Part shown: positions 27,801 to 37,295 of the stretch, piece after piece
Layout of the letters: each line of letters begins with the position of its first letter
Position numbering within the stretch: position 1 is the first letter of the stretch
Assembly (NCBI GenBank): GCA_964478855.1
Contig: CAYZKL010000003.1
Location: 19,686 to 74,660 of the forward strand
Reading direction: 5' to 3'
Length of the DNA: 54,975 nt
DNA from: an uncultured Flavipsychrobacter sp.
GTDB lineage: Bacteria > Bacteroidota > Bacteroidia > Chitinophagales > Chitinophagaceae
The notes under the pieces: generated by a model
Told to the model about the DNA's origin: nothing
The model's database searches: none
What the model saw: only the letters and a program-made list of their open reading frames with translations
Translations under genes and position numbers: made by a program

Positions 27801-29734
27801 GCAACCGGGCCACCAACAGGCGAACCACCATTGAATAACTGATAGTTGACACCAACAGACGAGCTGCTAAGGCCAACACTGACGCCGGTACCACCTGCGC
27901 AAAAACTACCACCTCCCGTAACCGCGAATACTGACGGCAATGCATTTACTGTAAGTGTTGCAGTAACGGTGCAAGCTGTAGCATCTATATAAGAAATGAC
28001 CGTAGTGCCTGCACCTGCTGCATTAACGATACCTGTAAGAGAACCAATGGTAGCAACCCCTGTATTACTGCTGCTCCATGTACCACCCGGAGTAGTATTA
28101 CTCATTGTAGCCACATCGCCTATACACAGGGCTGTAGGCCCTGTAATAGCAGCAGTATTGCATATCTTCACATGTGCCCACCAAGTATCCCACCTGTTTG
28201 CCGGAGAACCACTTGCTTCCTGGATTGTCCAGAAGTCAAGCTGGTTAACAGGGTCAAGTGCAGTACCTGAGTAATCGCCCCACCTGTTCTTGGTACCTGT
28301 GAATGTTTTGTAGTATGATGCCTGTCCGTGCCTGTAAACATGCACCGGCCTAATAGAATCTATAGGATCTGTATGGTAACGCATTGCATATGCTGCACTA
28401 GGGTAAGTAGTACCTGAAAAAGTAGAGAACCCGATCAATGCGTCATTAGACGTGTTGACCGTAATACATGGGAACACATAAAAATTAGTGTTGGTAGGGT
28501 CATCGATCCTGCCTATTTGTATCGGGTTTGCCAATGTATCGATCTCCCACCATTGCACTGAACATCTTGTAGGATTGACACTAGTACTATATGGCAGGAA
28601 TGCATTGTGTGCAAACCATAAGCGGTTATTCATAAATACACACTGTGTAACCCTGTCATCGTTTGTCTGTACCAAGTTGGCAGTACCAGCCTGCGGTGCA
28701 AAATCAGCACCTGAAGTACCTGAAAAGGTAAAAGAAGAGTTCTGCCACCTTGCTGCTGATGTAGGGAAACCTACCGAAGTCATTGTTTCTGCACCCACAT
28801 TACCTGAGATCTTCCAGAGTCTCATCTGTCCGGCATAACCATTCCATGATTCTACCATGAACATGTTCTTCAGTGTAGGATCATAAGTGAGGGCAGGGCA
28901 AATAGTAGAAGACGATGTGCGGAGGAAGCTGGTATAAGGGGCTCCGGCACCTGATAAAAGGCTGGCTTTATCGAAAACAAAAACCTTGGCACCACCATAA
29001 GGCCCACCTGTATTAGAGAACATGTTACCGCTGACAGTGATCCATTTATCATTGAATCCAACATCAGGATAGTCAAACCAGTCAACACCTGTACCGTCGG
29101 CAAGTATCTTGTATGTCCACCATGCACCTGTAGGATTGCTTGTTTGCGATACCGCTATCAGGATCGAAGACGCAGGATCGAATGCGTCTGCTACAGCCAC
29201 AATGATCCACCTGTTGGTATACGGATCATAATGTACGCGAGGGTCAAAAGACCCGCCACCCGGCAATACTGAAGTCCAGAAGGCATTGAGCGTAACACTT
29301 GACACTGCACCACCTGTTCGGTTCTGAATCTTCACAGTTGTATTTATGGTAGTTACGCAATAGTTGCCATCTACCGCTCCATGCGTATCCGGCGGGATCG
29401 ATGTGCCGGGATCATAAGTGGACTGAAAAGTATCCGTAGGATCAGGAGATGGCGGCAGCAACATTAACGGCGAAAATATGCCTGTTGTTGCGGGCCTTAA
29501 ATGAATATATGTAGAATCGGTCTCCGGCAAACGACGAGGCACTTCATCATCCTCTTCATTTTCAGGCTGACGCATCACAAAGGGCTCAGGATGAGTAGCG
29601 AGATACAGAGCGGTAGCAGAAAAGTCTAAGGTTCCTCTCATTACTTCTCGCCCTGTATCTACTGTTTGCCCGTTCGAGCTCGTGGTAACTAATGAGACGC
29701 CAATAAGAAACAGATAAAATATAATTCTTTTCAT
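24890..29734 (-). CDS. T9SS-secreted protein: uncharacterised beta-propeller-like head, Ig-like repeats, type A CTD
   Basis: Signal peptide MKRIIFYLF (ATG 29734); PPDTHGAV, FDPRVHYD, DYPDVG, RWGDYS; Ig repeats; LLPNPNKGEF CTD. Confidence 0.85.
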   Translation of the reverse strand: MKRIIFYLFLIGVSLVTTSSNGQTVDTGREVMRGTLDFSATALYLATHPEPFVMRQPENEEDDEVPRRLPETDSTYIHLRPATTGIFSPLMLLPPSPDPTDTFQSTYDPGTSIPPDTHGAVDGNYCVTTINTTVKIQNRTGGAVSSVTLNAFWTSVLPGGGSFDPRVHYDPYTNRWIIVAVADAFDPASSILIAVSQTSNPTGAWWTYKILADGTGVDWFDYPDVGFNDKWITVSGNMFSNTGGPYGGAKVFVFDKASLLSGAGAPYTSFLRTSSSTICPALTYDPTLKNMFMVESWNGYAGQMRLWKISGNVGAETMTSVGFPTSAARWQNSSFTFSGTSGADFAPQAGTANLVQTNDDRVTQCVFMNNRLWFAHNAFLPYSTSVNPTRCSVQWWEIDTLANPIQIGRIDDPTNTNFYVFPCITVNTSNDALIGFSTFSGTTYPSAAYAMRYHTDPIDSIRPVHVYRHGQASYYKTFTGTKNRWGDYSGTALDPVNQLDFWTIQEASGSPANRWDTWWAHVKICNTAAITGPTALCIGDVATMSNTTPGGTWSSSNTGVATIGSLTGIVNAAGAGTTVISYIDATACTVTATLTVNALPSVFAVTGGGSFCAGGTGVSVGLSSSSVGVNYQLFNGGSPVGGPVAGTTLALNFGLMTAAGTYTVVATNATAGCSRNMSGSAVVTVNSAPLVYAVTGGGAYCSGGPGVHIGVANSNVGISYQLYLGGTPVGSPLAGTGSSIDFGFITGAGTYTVVATNTTTACTSNMSGSATVTTASAPTAAIGAAGPTGFCTGGSVVLNAVTGVGYTFQWENGGTPISGATNFSYTANASGSYRVVVTDMGCSATSTPIVVTVSAVPSAVITPAGPTTFCTGGNVVLNASTGIGYTYQWKLGGTDITGETNSSHTATLAGNYTVVVNNSGCSNTSGITTVVITPGPGSSITPAGPTSFCSGGSVVLNGTPGGGLSYQWQLGGTPISGATNSSLTATAGGNYTLITTFGTCVVTSPVTTITILPATVAPITGLSNVCVGQNITLSDTDPGGTWTSSAPLIATVSTGGVVSGVAAGTVTITYAAVTACGPASTTTTITVDALPSVAAITGSTSVCTGGTTTLANATPSGVWSSGSPSVASIGATTGIVNGLTAGTSAVSYSVTNVAGCTAHAVVTFSVTSPVVAVITPSGPTTFCTGASVTLSAPTGTGLSYQWQLGGVNIAGAVSPSLTTITSGSYTVIITAGGGCNATSPAVVVTVNPSPIVVPSVSIAATPGTTLCLVSSPVSYAATPVNGGSFPFFQWSVNGVPVASGPSYSYTPASGDIVACQLTSSDVCAFPVSVASSLTMTISALETPAVSISVSPNDSVCKGTAVTYSAVPVFGGSAPAYLWTLNGTSIATGPTYTYVPNSGDMVMCTLTSNYPCLATITAVSAPFMEYVKNPVVNTISISVSQTLVSSGSFVTFTAVAPNAGPSPLYQWYINGIAVPGANSATFVTDALLDGQTVTCAVTSNEDCVSPKSVMSSGIKMSVAPTGITAVHNENNFTLLPNPNKGEFTVNGILTNRSNELVDIIVTNVVGQTVYSKKITASNGKIAEPIKLASSVANGTYIVTVTAGEDHVVFHVVVNR

Positions 29735-29853
29735 TATAATAAATTTGCTCAAAAATAAAAAAAATACCCTTAATATGATAAATATTTGCAAAATATTTAT
29801 ACAATGGCATTAATGCAATAAATGGGATATCACTATGCTGTATATCCTGCAAC

Positions 29854-29883
29854 AAAAAAGGCGCCCTGATAAAGGGCGCCTTT
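29854..29883 (-). terminator. Terminator, AAAGGCGC family copy 3
   Basis: AAAAAAGGCGCCCT-gataa-AGGGCGCCTTT, with the U-tract on the minus strand. Confidence 0.8.
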
Positions 29884-29904
29884 ATATAGGATCAAACCAA
29901 TAAC

Positions 29905-32900
29905 TTATTTATCAATCACTACATGGAATACTTCATGATCTTCGCCTGATGTGATATTGACCAGATAAACGCCGCTTGCAATTGAGTTGCCCAGCACAAT
30001 ATGTTCGTTCATCCTTCCATTCTGCACCTCAGCAGCATTTTTATATACCACCTGGCCCAGCATATTTGTGATCTCAATATTCACAGTCGCATTCAGATTA
30101 TTGCGTAACATGCCCTTAATAGTAAATGAGCCGTTGTTCGGGTTAGGCAACAGTGTGAAGATACTTGCACCGTTTACACTTTTTACGCCTGAAGGAGCTA
30201 CACCGATCACCAGGCCTGAACTCATTACGCTACGCGGGCTTACGCAGTCTTCGCTGCTTATCACAGAGCAAGTAACTACCTCGCCATTGTGCAATGTGTC
30301 AGTGATATATGTAGCGCCGGTAGCACCAGCTACAGGTAAGCCATTAATGTACCACTGATATATAGCACCGGAACCACCATATGGTGCTGATGCAAAGAAA
30401 GTAACAGATGTACCTGTACTGATAAGCGTTTGTGATGCTGTAACACTTATAGTATTAGCCGAAGGATTCTTAACATACTCCATGAACGGTGCACTTACAC
30501 CTGTTGCAGTGGCAAGGCATGGATAGTTGCTGGTCAATGTACAGATCAGCATATCGCCGTTATTAGGATAATAAGAGAAGCTTGGACCAGTACCTACATT
30601 AGTACCATTCAATGTCCATAAGTAATCAGGCAATGTACCACCAAATACAGGGATAGCTGTAAATGTAGCAGATGCGCCTTTACATACCGTATCGTTCGGC
30701 GCTACTGTAATGCTAACTGCAGGAGTTTCCAATGCACTGATAGTCATTGTCTGACTAGCTGATGTAACGGCAGGCACAGCGCATACATCGCTGCTTGTCA
30801 TCTGGCAGGCTACGATGTCGCCAGAAGCAGGAGTATAGCTATATATTGATCCGCCACCGGCAGGTACACCATTTACCGTCCACTGAAAACCGGGGAAAGA
30901 ACCGCCGTTAACAGGAACAGCCGTGAATGTAACAGGTGAAGATACAAGACAAAGGATAGTACCCGGAGTAGCTGTAATGCTAACAGACGGAGCTACCACA
31001 GGAGAAGGATTAACTGTTACCACCACCGCGGCAGAAGTAACGATACAGCCGGTACCCGTTGATATCTCCACTGTATAGCTGCCACTGGTAATCGTTGTTA
31101 ATGCCGAAGAAGTAGCACCTGCGATATTAACACCTCCCAGTTTCCACTGGTATGCAAATCCTGTGCCTGAAGTACCATTAAGCGTTACAGAAGAACCTGT
31201 ACAGAATGTAATAGGTCCTGAAGGAGTGATCGTAGCACCAGGGCCAGGAGTCACTGTAACAGTTTCTATTAATGATGTTGTAATGCAACCGCCAATAGAA
31301 GTGACAACTGTATAGTTGCCGCCGGTTGTTGCAGTATATGAAGTATTGGTAGCACCACCTATAGGTGATCCGCCAAGCTGCCACTGGTAAGTATAACCTG
31401 TACCTGTTGTAGCATTAAGTACAACGCTGCTGCCCGTGCAGAATGTAGTAGGACCAGCAGGTGTGATCGCAGATACAGGAGGAGCTACTATAGAAACTGA
31501 TGTAACAGCTGATAAACCGACACAAACCCCGTTGGTAACACGTACGCTATAATTACCTGCTGAAGTAGCGGTGTAAGAAGAGTTGGTTTCACCGGTGATG
31601 TCTGTACCACCGATTCTCCACTGATAGGTAAAGCCACCGCCTGTAGCAGTGCTTAACAATACGCTACCGCCTGTGCAGAAAGTAGTAGCCCCGCCTGCAG
31701 TAATTACAGGAGTTGGCGTAGGTGTAACTACCACAAGCTCAGCCGGAGATAATGAAGAACAGCTACCTATTGATGTAACTACTGTATAGTTACCGCCAGC
31801 GGTAGCAGTATAGGATGCATTTGTAGCACCTGCAATATTTGAGCCTCCTAACTGCCACTGGTAGTTATAACCGCCGCCTGTAGTAGCATTAAGCACTACG
31901 CTGCCGCCGCTACAGAAAGTAGTAGCACCTGCCGGAGTAACTGCTGCAACAGGTGGAGCTACATCAGAAACTGTAGTAGTAGCTGAGGTGGCATTACACG
32001 TACCATCTGATACAACCACTGTGTAGTTGCCTGTAAGGTTTGCTATGTATGTAGCATTGGTCTCACCAACAATATCAGAACCGCCAAGCTGCCACTGGTA
32101 AGTGTAACCTGCGCCGGTAGTTGCGCTGAGTGTTATGGTGCCACCAGAACACTTTACAGCAGCACCTGATGGGGTGATCGCTGCGGTTGGCAATGGATTA
32201 ACCGTAATATTAGTGGCAGCAGACCAGGCCTGGCATCCTGTAAGATTTCTTACACGAACCGTATAACTGCCTGCTGCGCTTGCAGTATAATTGATATTGG
32301 TTGCACCTGCGATAGCAGATCCACCAAGCTCCCATTGATAGGTGAAACCTGCACCGGGATTTGCATTCAATACCACACTGCCACCAGTACATAAAGCAGT
32401 AGAACCCGACGGAGTGATCGTAGCAGCAGGTGGTGTACATAAAGGCCCATCGATCAGGAAGAACCTCGAATTGGCAGTAAGACCGGTAAATGTACCCCTG
32501 AAGCCTACAAAGTTACCACCGGTGAACAGTGTTGGTGTTACCACTGTCGAGTTCACAGTACTTACAGTTGCATCGGTAGGTGCATCGGTCTTTATGAGCA
32601 ATAATGTAGCAGGTGGAACTGCCGCAAGCTCTGTATTTGTAAGATAAATAGTTGCATCGTAAGTAGTAATTGCACCGTTTATTGTAGGCACTATGGTTAC
32701 TTCTTTAAGCGACCTGTTGATAGGTGAGAAAGATGCAGGAGTAAACCCTACACCTGCACCTGTAAGTGCAGCAGATACACAACCAAGGTTATTGGTCACG
32801 TTCCTCATGCCCGCTATCAGGTTGCCACCTGCCGGATTGTAAAAATATACTTCCTGTCCGGCATGAACATCCCATGTGCGGTTGCTTGCCAATACCGTTT

Positions 32901-35592
32901 CGATAGCAGTAGGCGGAACTACCTGCCTGAAACGCATTACCGGCCTTGCAGGATTCAGGTTTGTACCAAAGAACAGCGTACAACCTGTACCTGAACCGGA
33001 ATTTGTCCTTTCGTAATCTGTTGCCGTGAAAGAGGTCTGAATACCGTCCATCTGGTCGTTTGCACCACCGGGAGCAGCAGGGCTGCCATAACATATTTCA
33101 ACTGCTACATTGCTGGTACCATCCCAGGTAAATGTAGAAGTAAATACTATGGAGTCAAGGCCTAAGTTAGTAGTATGGTTTGCACTGAAAACTGTAGTAA
33201 AGCCTGCAGTTTCCGGAGTAGATTCATCCGCTATAAGCGTATTGGCCATGCGGACTGTATAATTCACAAACGGAGCGGCTGAACTCTTTGATGTGATGTT
33301 AAATGCCAGTTGCGAGATAGGAACACCCGGGCGAACACCTGCAGTTCTCAGTTCTGCTGCCGATAACAGGAATTGAGAACGAGCTCTTTTCCATGAAGCA
33401 GGGAAGGCTGAAGTGTTGTTACTGGTGACAGCAGTACCTGCATTAAGCGTATGGTACTCTACCCCACCGGCCAATACCGTACTGTCATTATTGTATAGGT
33501 TAATGACCATAGTATCATACACAGTAGAAATAACAGCATCGCTACCCATAGGAGCCAATGTAAATGCCAGCCTGATGGTTTTATTATCATTTATTGCACC
33601 ATTGTCCAATATATTAAGTGTGATGAATTGAGGCGTTGTGCTGCCAACCGGGAAGGTAAGACTGGTTCCGCTCAATGTATAATCAACACCAAAAACCGCA
33701 GTACCACCTGCAGGTACAACATTAATAACAGGATTACCACCTGTGAATGCGAGACCATGAGGTTGAAGGCTGATAAGATGAGCAGTGCTTGCAGGACAAG
33801 CAGTAGAAGCAGACAATTCGCTAAGGTCTGCGCTGGTTGTAGTAAACCCAATTGCCGGAGTACAAGGATTAAATGCAGGGCCAACACCTACTGCATACCA
33901 TGCGTTAGTTACCGTTTGTACTTCAGGTGAGCAAGGGCCATATAATATTGTTGCGGCATTTATAGAGGCTATACGACAGTCTGCATACGTAGCAGTGCTT
34001 GTCAGAGCCAGTTCAGTCTGGTATAAGATATCGGGGGCTATTGTCCAGCCGAGGCCGGTAACAGAATAGAAATCGCCATTGTCATTCGTAGCAGAGCCGC
34101 CTTGAGTTATCAGGAAGTACCATTTGTTCAATACTCCGCTATTAGTATGTACACCACATTGGTCATTGCCACCACCCGGTACACATGCCACAACATTAAA
34201 CCAGTTGATACCACCATAACAATCAGGATCACCCTTCAGCTTTGGGAAGTCCATACGACGGAGCGGATTGCCGGCACCTATCTCTTCACCAAGCATCCAT
34301 ACACTTTTAGCAATGGCATCTGCTTCGAAAGGGTTAGCAAAGCGCTCGATAGTAGCACCCCAGCAATCGCTGAAGCCTTCATTCATAGCTCCTGATTCCA
34401 GTTCATACACCAGGTTTGCAGTGGCCTGACATACACCATGGCCAATTTCGTGAGCAGCAACATCAAGGCAAGCCAACGGATCAAATCCACCTGAGCCTGA
34501 ACCCGAACCATCACCATAGGTCATTTCCACTCCATCCCAGTAGGCATTATCAAAACCTACATCGTAGTGTACATAACTAAGCAGTATACCATCCAGGTCA
34601 TCCCAGCTAAGGCGGCCGTGATTGATGGAGAAGTAATCATATACCATTTCTGATCCCCAATGCGCATCTATGGCTACCCGGTCAACAGGAGCACCGGGCC
34701 ATGTATTGGTAGGGCTTACAAAATCAGTGGCCGCACCATATGATGTACCATTGTTCATGTTCAGCGTATAAACACCATTACCTCTTGTTGAATCGTATAA
34801 AAGGTAAGTACCCAAAGTGTTTGCCGTGCGGATCGGCACATTACCACTGTACAAAGAAGTACCGGTTGCGGCTGTATGCTTGATCAGGGAGTTAGAGAAC
34901 AATATCTTGCCTGTTTGTGCATCCACAAATACCTGTTGGCGGCTCAATGGCTTTTGTGCATAAATATCAAAAGAGTAAGCCAGGTGCATCTGCCTGTCTC
35001 TCTGCAGTGTACTCATATCTTCGATCCACACCAATTCTGCGTGTGGCAGATAAGATGTATCCTGTTTGTGGTACAGCTTTTTGATGTGTGCCTCTTCTTC
35101 AGGTATCTGCCATTTATATTTTTCTGCACCTACAAAATCAGTAGCCAAGGCAAATGCCTTGCCTTCGCTGATACCTGGACGTGTAGATGGCTTATTGGAA
35201 AAAGTAAAATAGTTGCTGGTAACATAATTAACGATTCCATCCTTTACTACAAGTGTAGCACCACCATACTCCACTTTTATTCCCTTATAGAATTCTGTAT
35301 ATCGTACTGTACTGATATTCTTTTTGGTTGTGGTGGTATGCTTGTGCACCATTACATTGTCGCCACCCAAGCCCAGGTATTTGCTGAATATTTCATCCGG
35401 CTTACCGGCAGGGATACGCGCCGCAGGCGAAAAAGACAATGACTTAATTGTATTATCCGTCTTATTCCGGTCCGTGGAAAGAACTGATTGTACATTGGCC
35501 TGCTGTGCAAAAGCGGCCTGGCTGAATAATACGCTGCAAGCAAAAAACAAAGAACCCGCATTGCGAATTAATCGCTTTGTAGATAAGATCAT
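29905..35592 (-). CDS. T9SS-secreted M4 (thermolysin-like) metallopeptidase with propeptide, Calx-beta-like and Ig-like repeats
   Basis: NAYWDG..MTYGDG, HEIGH, GAMNEGFSD, GVHTNSGV; FTP/PepSY-like FVDAQTGKI; CTD LLPNPNNG. Confidence 0.92.
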   Translation of the reverse strand: MILSTKRLIRNAGSLFFACSVLFSQAAFAQQANVQSVLSTDRNKTDNTIKSLSFSPAARIPAGKPDEIFSKYLGLGGDNVMVHKHTTTTKKNISTVRYTEFYKGIKVEYGGATLVVKDGIVNYVTSNYFTFSNKPSTRPGISEGKAFALATDFVGAEKYKWQIPEEEAHIKKLYHKQDTSYLPHAELVWIEDMSTLQRDRQMHLAYSFDIYAQKPLSRQQVFVDAQTGKILFSNSLIKHTAATGTSLYSGNVPIRTANTLGTYLLYDSTRGNGVYTLNMNNGTSYGAATDFVSPTNTWPGAPVDRVAIDAHWGSEMVYDYFSINHGRLSWDDLDGILLSYVHYDVGFDNAYWDGVEMTYGDGSGSGSGGFDPLACLDVAAHEIGHGVCQATANLVYELESGAMNEGFSDCWGATIERFANPFEADAIAKSVWMLGEEIGAGNPLRRMDFPKLKGDPDCYGGINWFNVVACVPGGGNDQCGVHTNSGVLNKWYFLITQGGSATNDNGDFYSVTGLGWTIAPDILYQTELALTSTATYADCRIASINAATILYGPCSPEVQTVTNAWYAVGVGPAFNPCTPAIGFTTTSADLSELSASTACPASTAHLISLQPHGLAFTGGNPVINVVPAGGTAVFGVDYTLSGTSLTFPVGSTTPQFITLNILDNGAINDNKTIRLAFTLAPMGSDAVISTVYDTMVINLYNNDSTVLAGGVEYHTLNAGTAVTSNNTSAFPASWKRARSQFLLSAAELRTAGVRPGVPISQLAFNITSKSSAAPFVNYTVRMANTLIADESTPETAGFTTVFSANHTTNLGLDSIVFTSTFTWDGTSNVAVEICYGSPAAPGGANDQMDGIQTSFTATDYERTNSGSGTGCTLFFGTNLNPARPVMRFRQVVPPTAIETVLASNRTWDVHAGQEVYFYNPAGGNLIAGMRNVTNNLGCVSAALTGAGVGFTPASFSPINRSLKEVTIVPTINGAITTYDATIYLTNTELAAVPPATLLLIKTDAPTDATVSTVNSTVVTPTLFTGGNFVGFRGTFTGLTANSRFFLIDGPLCTPPAATITPSGSTALCTGGSVVLNANPGAGFTYQWELGGSAIAGATNINYTASAAGSYTVRVRNLTGCQAWSAATNITVNPLPTAAITPSGAAVKCSGGTITLSATTGAGYTYQWQLGGSDIVGETNATYIANLTGNYTVVVSDGTCNATSATTTVSDVAPPVAAVTPAGATTFCSGGSVVLNATTGGGYNYQWQLGGSNIAGATNASYTATAGGNYTVVTSIGSCSSLSPAELVVVTPTPTPVITAGGATTFCTGGSVLLSTATGGGFTYQWRIGGTDITGETNSSYTATSAGNYSVRVTNGVCVGLSAVTSVSIVAPPVSAITPAGPTTFCTGSSVVLNATTGTGYTYQWQLGGSPIGGATNTSYTATTGGNYTVVTSIGGCITTSLIETVTVTPGPGATITPSGPITFCTGSSVTLNGTSGTGFAYQWKLGGVNIAGATSSALTTITSGSYTVEISTGTGCIVTSAAVVVTVNPSPVVAPSVSITATPGTILCLVSSPVTFTAVPVNGGSFPGFQWTVNGVPAGGGSIYSYTPASGDIVACQMTSSDVCAVPAVTSASQTMTISALETPAVSITVAPNDTVCKGASATFTAIPVFGGTLPDYLWTLNGTNVGTGPSFSYYPNNGDMLICTLTSNYPCLATATGVSAPFMEYVKNPSANTISVTASQTLISTGTSVTFFASAPYGGSGAIYQWYINGLPVAGATGATYITDTLHNGEVVTCSVISSEDCVSPRSVMSSGLVIGVAPSGVKSVNGASIFTLLPNPNNGSFTIKGMLRNNLNATVNIEITNMLGQVVYKNAAEVQNGRMNEHIVLGNSIASGVYLVNITSGEDHEVFHVVIDK

Positions 35593-35716
35593 ACCTGGTA
35601 TGTTATAATTAAGAATGAATGAAGATGCAATTTAATGATTTTTAGCTATATATAAGGGGGGCATTAAAATATATTCAATAAATTAATATTTAAAAGAGGG
35701 ATGTGGCAGGAAAAAT

Positions 35717-35743
35717 AAAAACCCGCTAAGAAAGCGGGTTTTT
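35717..35743 (-). terminator. Intrinsic terminator directly downstream (minus strand) of the tRNA 3' fragment
   Basis: AAAAACCCGCT-aagaa-AGCGGGTTTTT. Confidence 0.8.
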
Positions 35744-35765
35744 GAGGTCGAAAGCGGACATGAAC
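35744..35765 (-). other. att site: displaced 3' fragment of a tRNA, probably tRNA-Cys
   Basis: Minus strand reads GTTCatgTCCGCTTTCGACCTC, compared with the tRNA 3' half GTTCGAATCCGCTTTCGACC-T-C (T-arm, acceptor strand, U73). No 5' half follows, and it lies next to an integrase. Confidence 0.7.
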
Positions 35766-35883
35766 TTGCTTTAGCATACCTTTCTTTACTTTACCTTAGT
35801 TATTTGCAGAATAAGCCACCACAAAGTATTTCAAGCGACAATATCATATCATTGAATAAATTTGATATGGTAAAATAAAAATG

Positions 35884-35908
35884 TACCGTACCCCATTACC
35901 GTACCCCA
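35884..35908 (+). repeat. Tandem 12-bp direct repeat, candidate integrase arm-type sites
   Basis: TACCGTACCCCA at 35884-35895 and 35897-35908, between att and int. Confidence 0.6.
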
Positions 35909-35954
35909 GTTATTAGCAGTAACTTTGTGATTCATTCCCAAATTATAGAAATTC

Positions 35955-37295
35955 ATGACCATTTCTTTTTATCTAAAGCGTCCGAATAGTGATAATCCTA
36001 CAATTATTTTTGCCCGTATTTATTATGGCAGTTATGAAACTAAGTGTTATACAAATAAGAGTATTCATCCTGACTTTTGGAACAAGAAGACCAAAAGAGC
36101 CAGGGAAACAAAGAAATTTCCACAATATCCTGAGTTTAATACTGGCCTAAATAAGATAGCCGATAGCATCGAAGCAATAATATTGAATTACCAGAATGAA
36201 AATAACGGATTCTACCCTACGCCGGAAAAGCTAAAGCCGTTAATGGATGCAGAAATAAGAAAGGTTGGCATTCCTACCAAACTTACTTTTATAGAGTTTT
36301 TTAATGATTTCATTTCAAGATGTGAAAATGGTACAAGGCTACACCCTAAAACGGGTCATCCAATCACAACTGGTACAATTAAAACCTATAAGACAACTTT
36401 GGAGTGTATAAAAAACTACGAAATCCACAGGAAGAAAAAAGTAGATTTCGAAATTATTGACATGCCGTTCTATTCTGATTTCACAAAATATCTTACCCTA
36501 ACAGCAAAGCAATCTACAAATTACATCGGGAAGAGCATCAAAGTATTAAAAACTGTTCTTCAGGATGCTACTGAATTGGGAGTAAATAAAAATATGGCAT
36601 TTAGGAGCAAGGGATTTACAACAATAAGCGAAGAGGCTGATACAGTGTATTTAAGCGAATTGGAACTTGATGAAATCAAGGAATTAGATCTTTCACATAG
36701 CCCAACCTTAGATTCACTTCGTGATCTATTTTTGGTTGGATGCCATACAGGATTACGGTTTTCAGATCTATCCTCTCTTAGTCCTTCTCAAATTTCAGGG
36801 GATTTGATTACACTAACTCAAATTAAAACGAAAAAAGCAGTTGTAATACCTGTACATGATACAATAAAGGAAATATTGAAAAAATACAATGGCAAACTCC
36901 CTCAAGCTTTAAGCAACCAAAAAAGTAATGAGTATCTTAAGGATATATGTAAAATGGATAATTTACCTTTATTGAAGACAACAGTAACGTTTTCCAGGAC
37001 AAAAGCCGGTGAAAGAAAAGTTCAAAGTTTAGAAAAATGGAATTTAGTTACAACCCATACAGCACGGAGGTCCTTTGCAACGAATGAGTATTTAGCTGGC
37101 ACCCCTACACTAACCATTATGGCGATAACAGGGCATAAAACAGAGAAAGCATTTCTGAAGTACATTAAAGTTACTCCAGATCAACATGCAAAGATTTTAC
37201 AAGGTCTTTGGTCGGAAAGAAAGAAGAAAAAAGATGAGGTAGAATCCAGCAAAATAAAAAAGACAACAAAAGTTACATTTAATGCGGATCAATAA
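35955..37295 (+). CDS. int: Tyrosine recombinase/integrase (Bacteroidota type, with arm-binding and SAM-like domains)
   Basis: ISFYLK N-terminus, TGLRFSD, QIKTKK, HTARRSFAT, TGHKTEKAFLKY; TAACTTTG -7 at 35920-35927. Confidence 0.95.
   Translation: MTISFYLKRPNSDNPTIIFARIYYGSYETKCYTNKSIHPDFWNKKTKRARETKKFPQYPEFNTGLNKIADSIEAIILNYQNENNGFYPTPEKLKPLMDAEIRKVGIPTKLTFIEFFNDFISRCENGTRLHPKTGHPITTGTIKTYKTTLECIKNYEIHRKKKVDFEIIDMPFYSDFTKYLTLTAKQSTNYIGKSIKVLKTVLQDATELGVNKNMAFRSKGFTTISEEADTVYLSELELDEIKELDLSHSPTLDSLRDLFLVGCHTGLRFSDLSSLSPSQISGDLITLTQIKTKKAVVIPVHDTIKEILKKYNGKLPQALSNQKSNEYLKDICKMDNLPLLKTTVTFSRTKAGERKVQSLEKWNLVTTHTARRSFATNEYLAGTPTLTIMAITGHKTEKAFLKYIKVTPDQHAKILQGLWSERKKKKDEVESSKIKKTTKVTFNADQ

Noticed and set aside
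20398-35608. Many short antisense or alternate-frame ORFs inside the T9SS genes
   Set aside because: They are shadows of Thr/Gly/Val/Ala-rich repetitive coding sequence and have no independent motifs.
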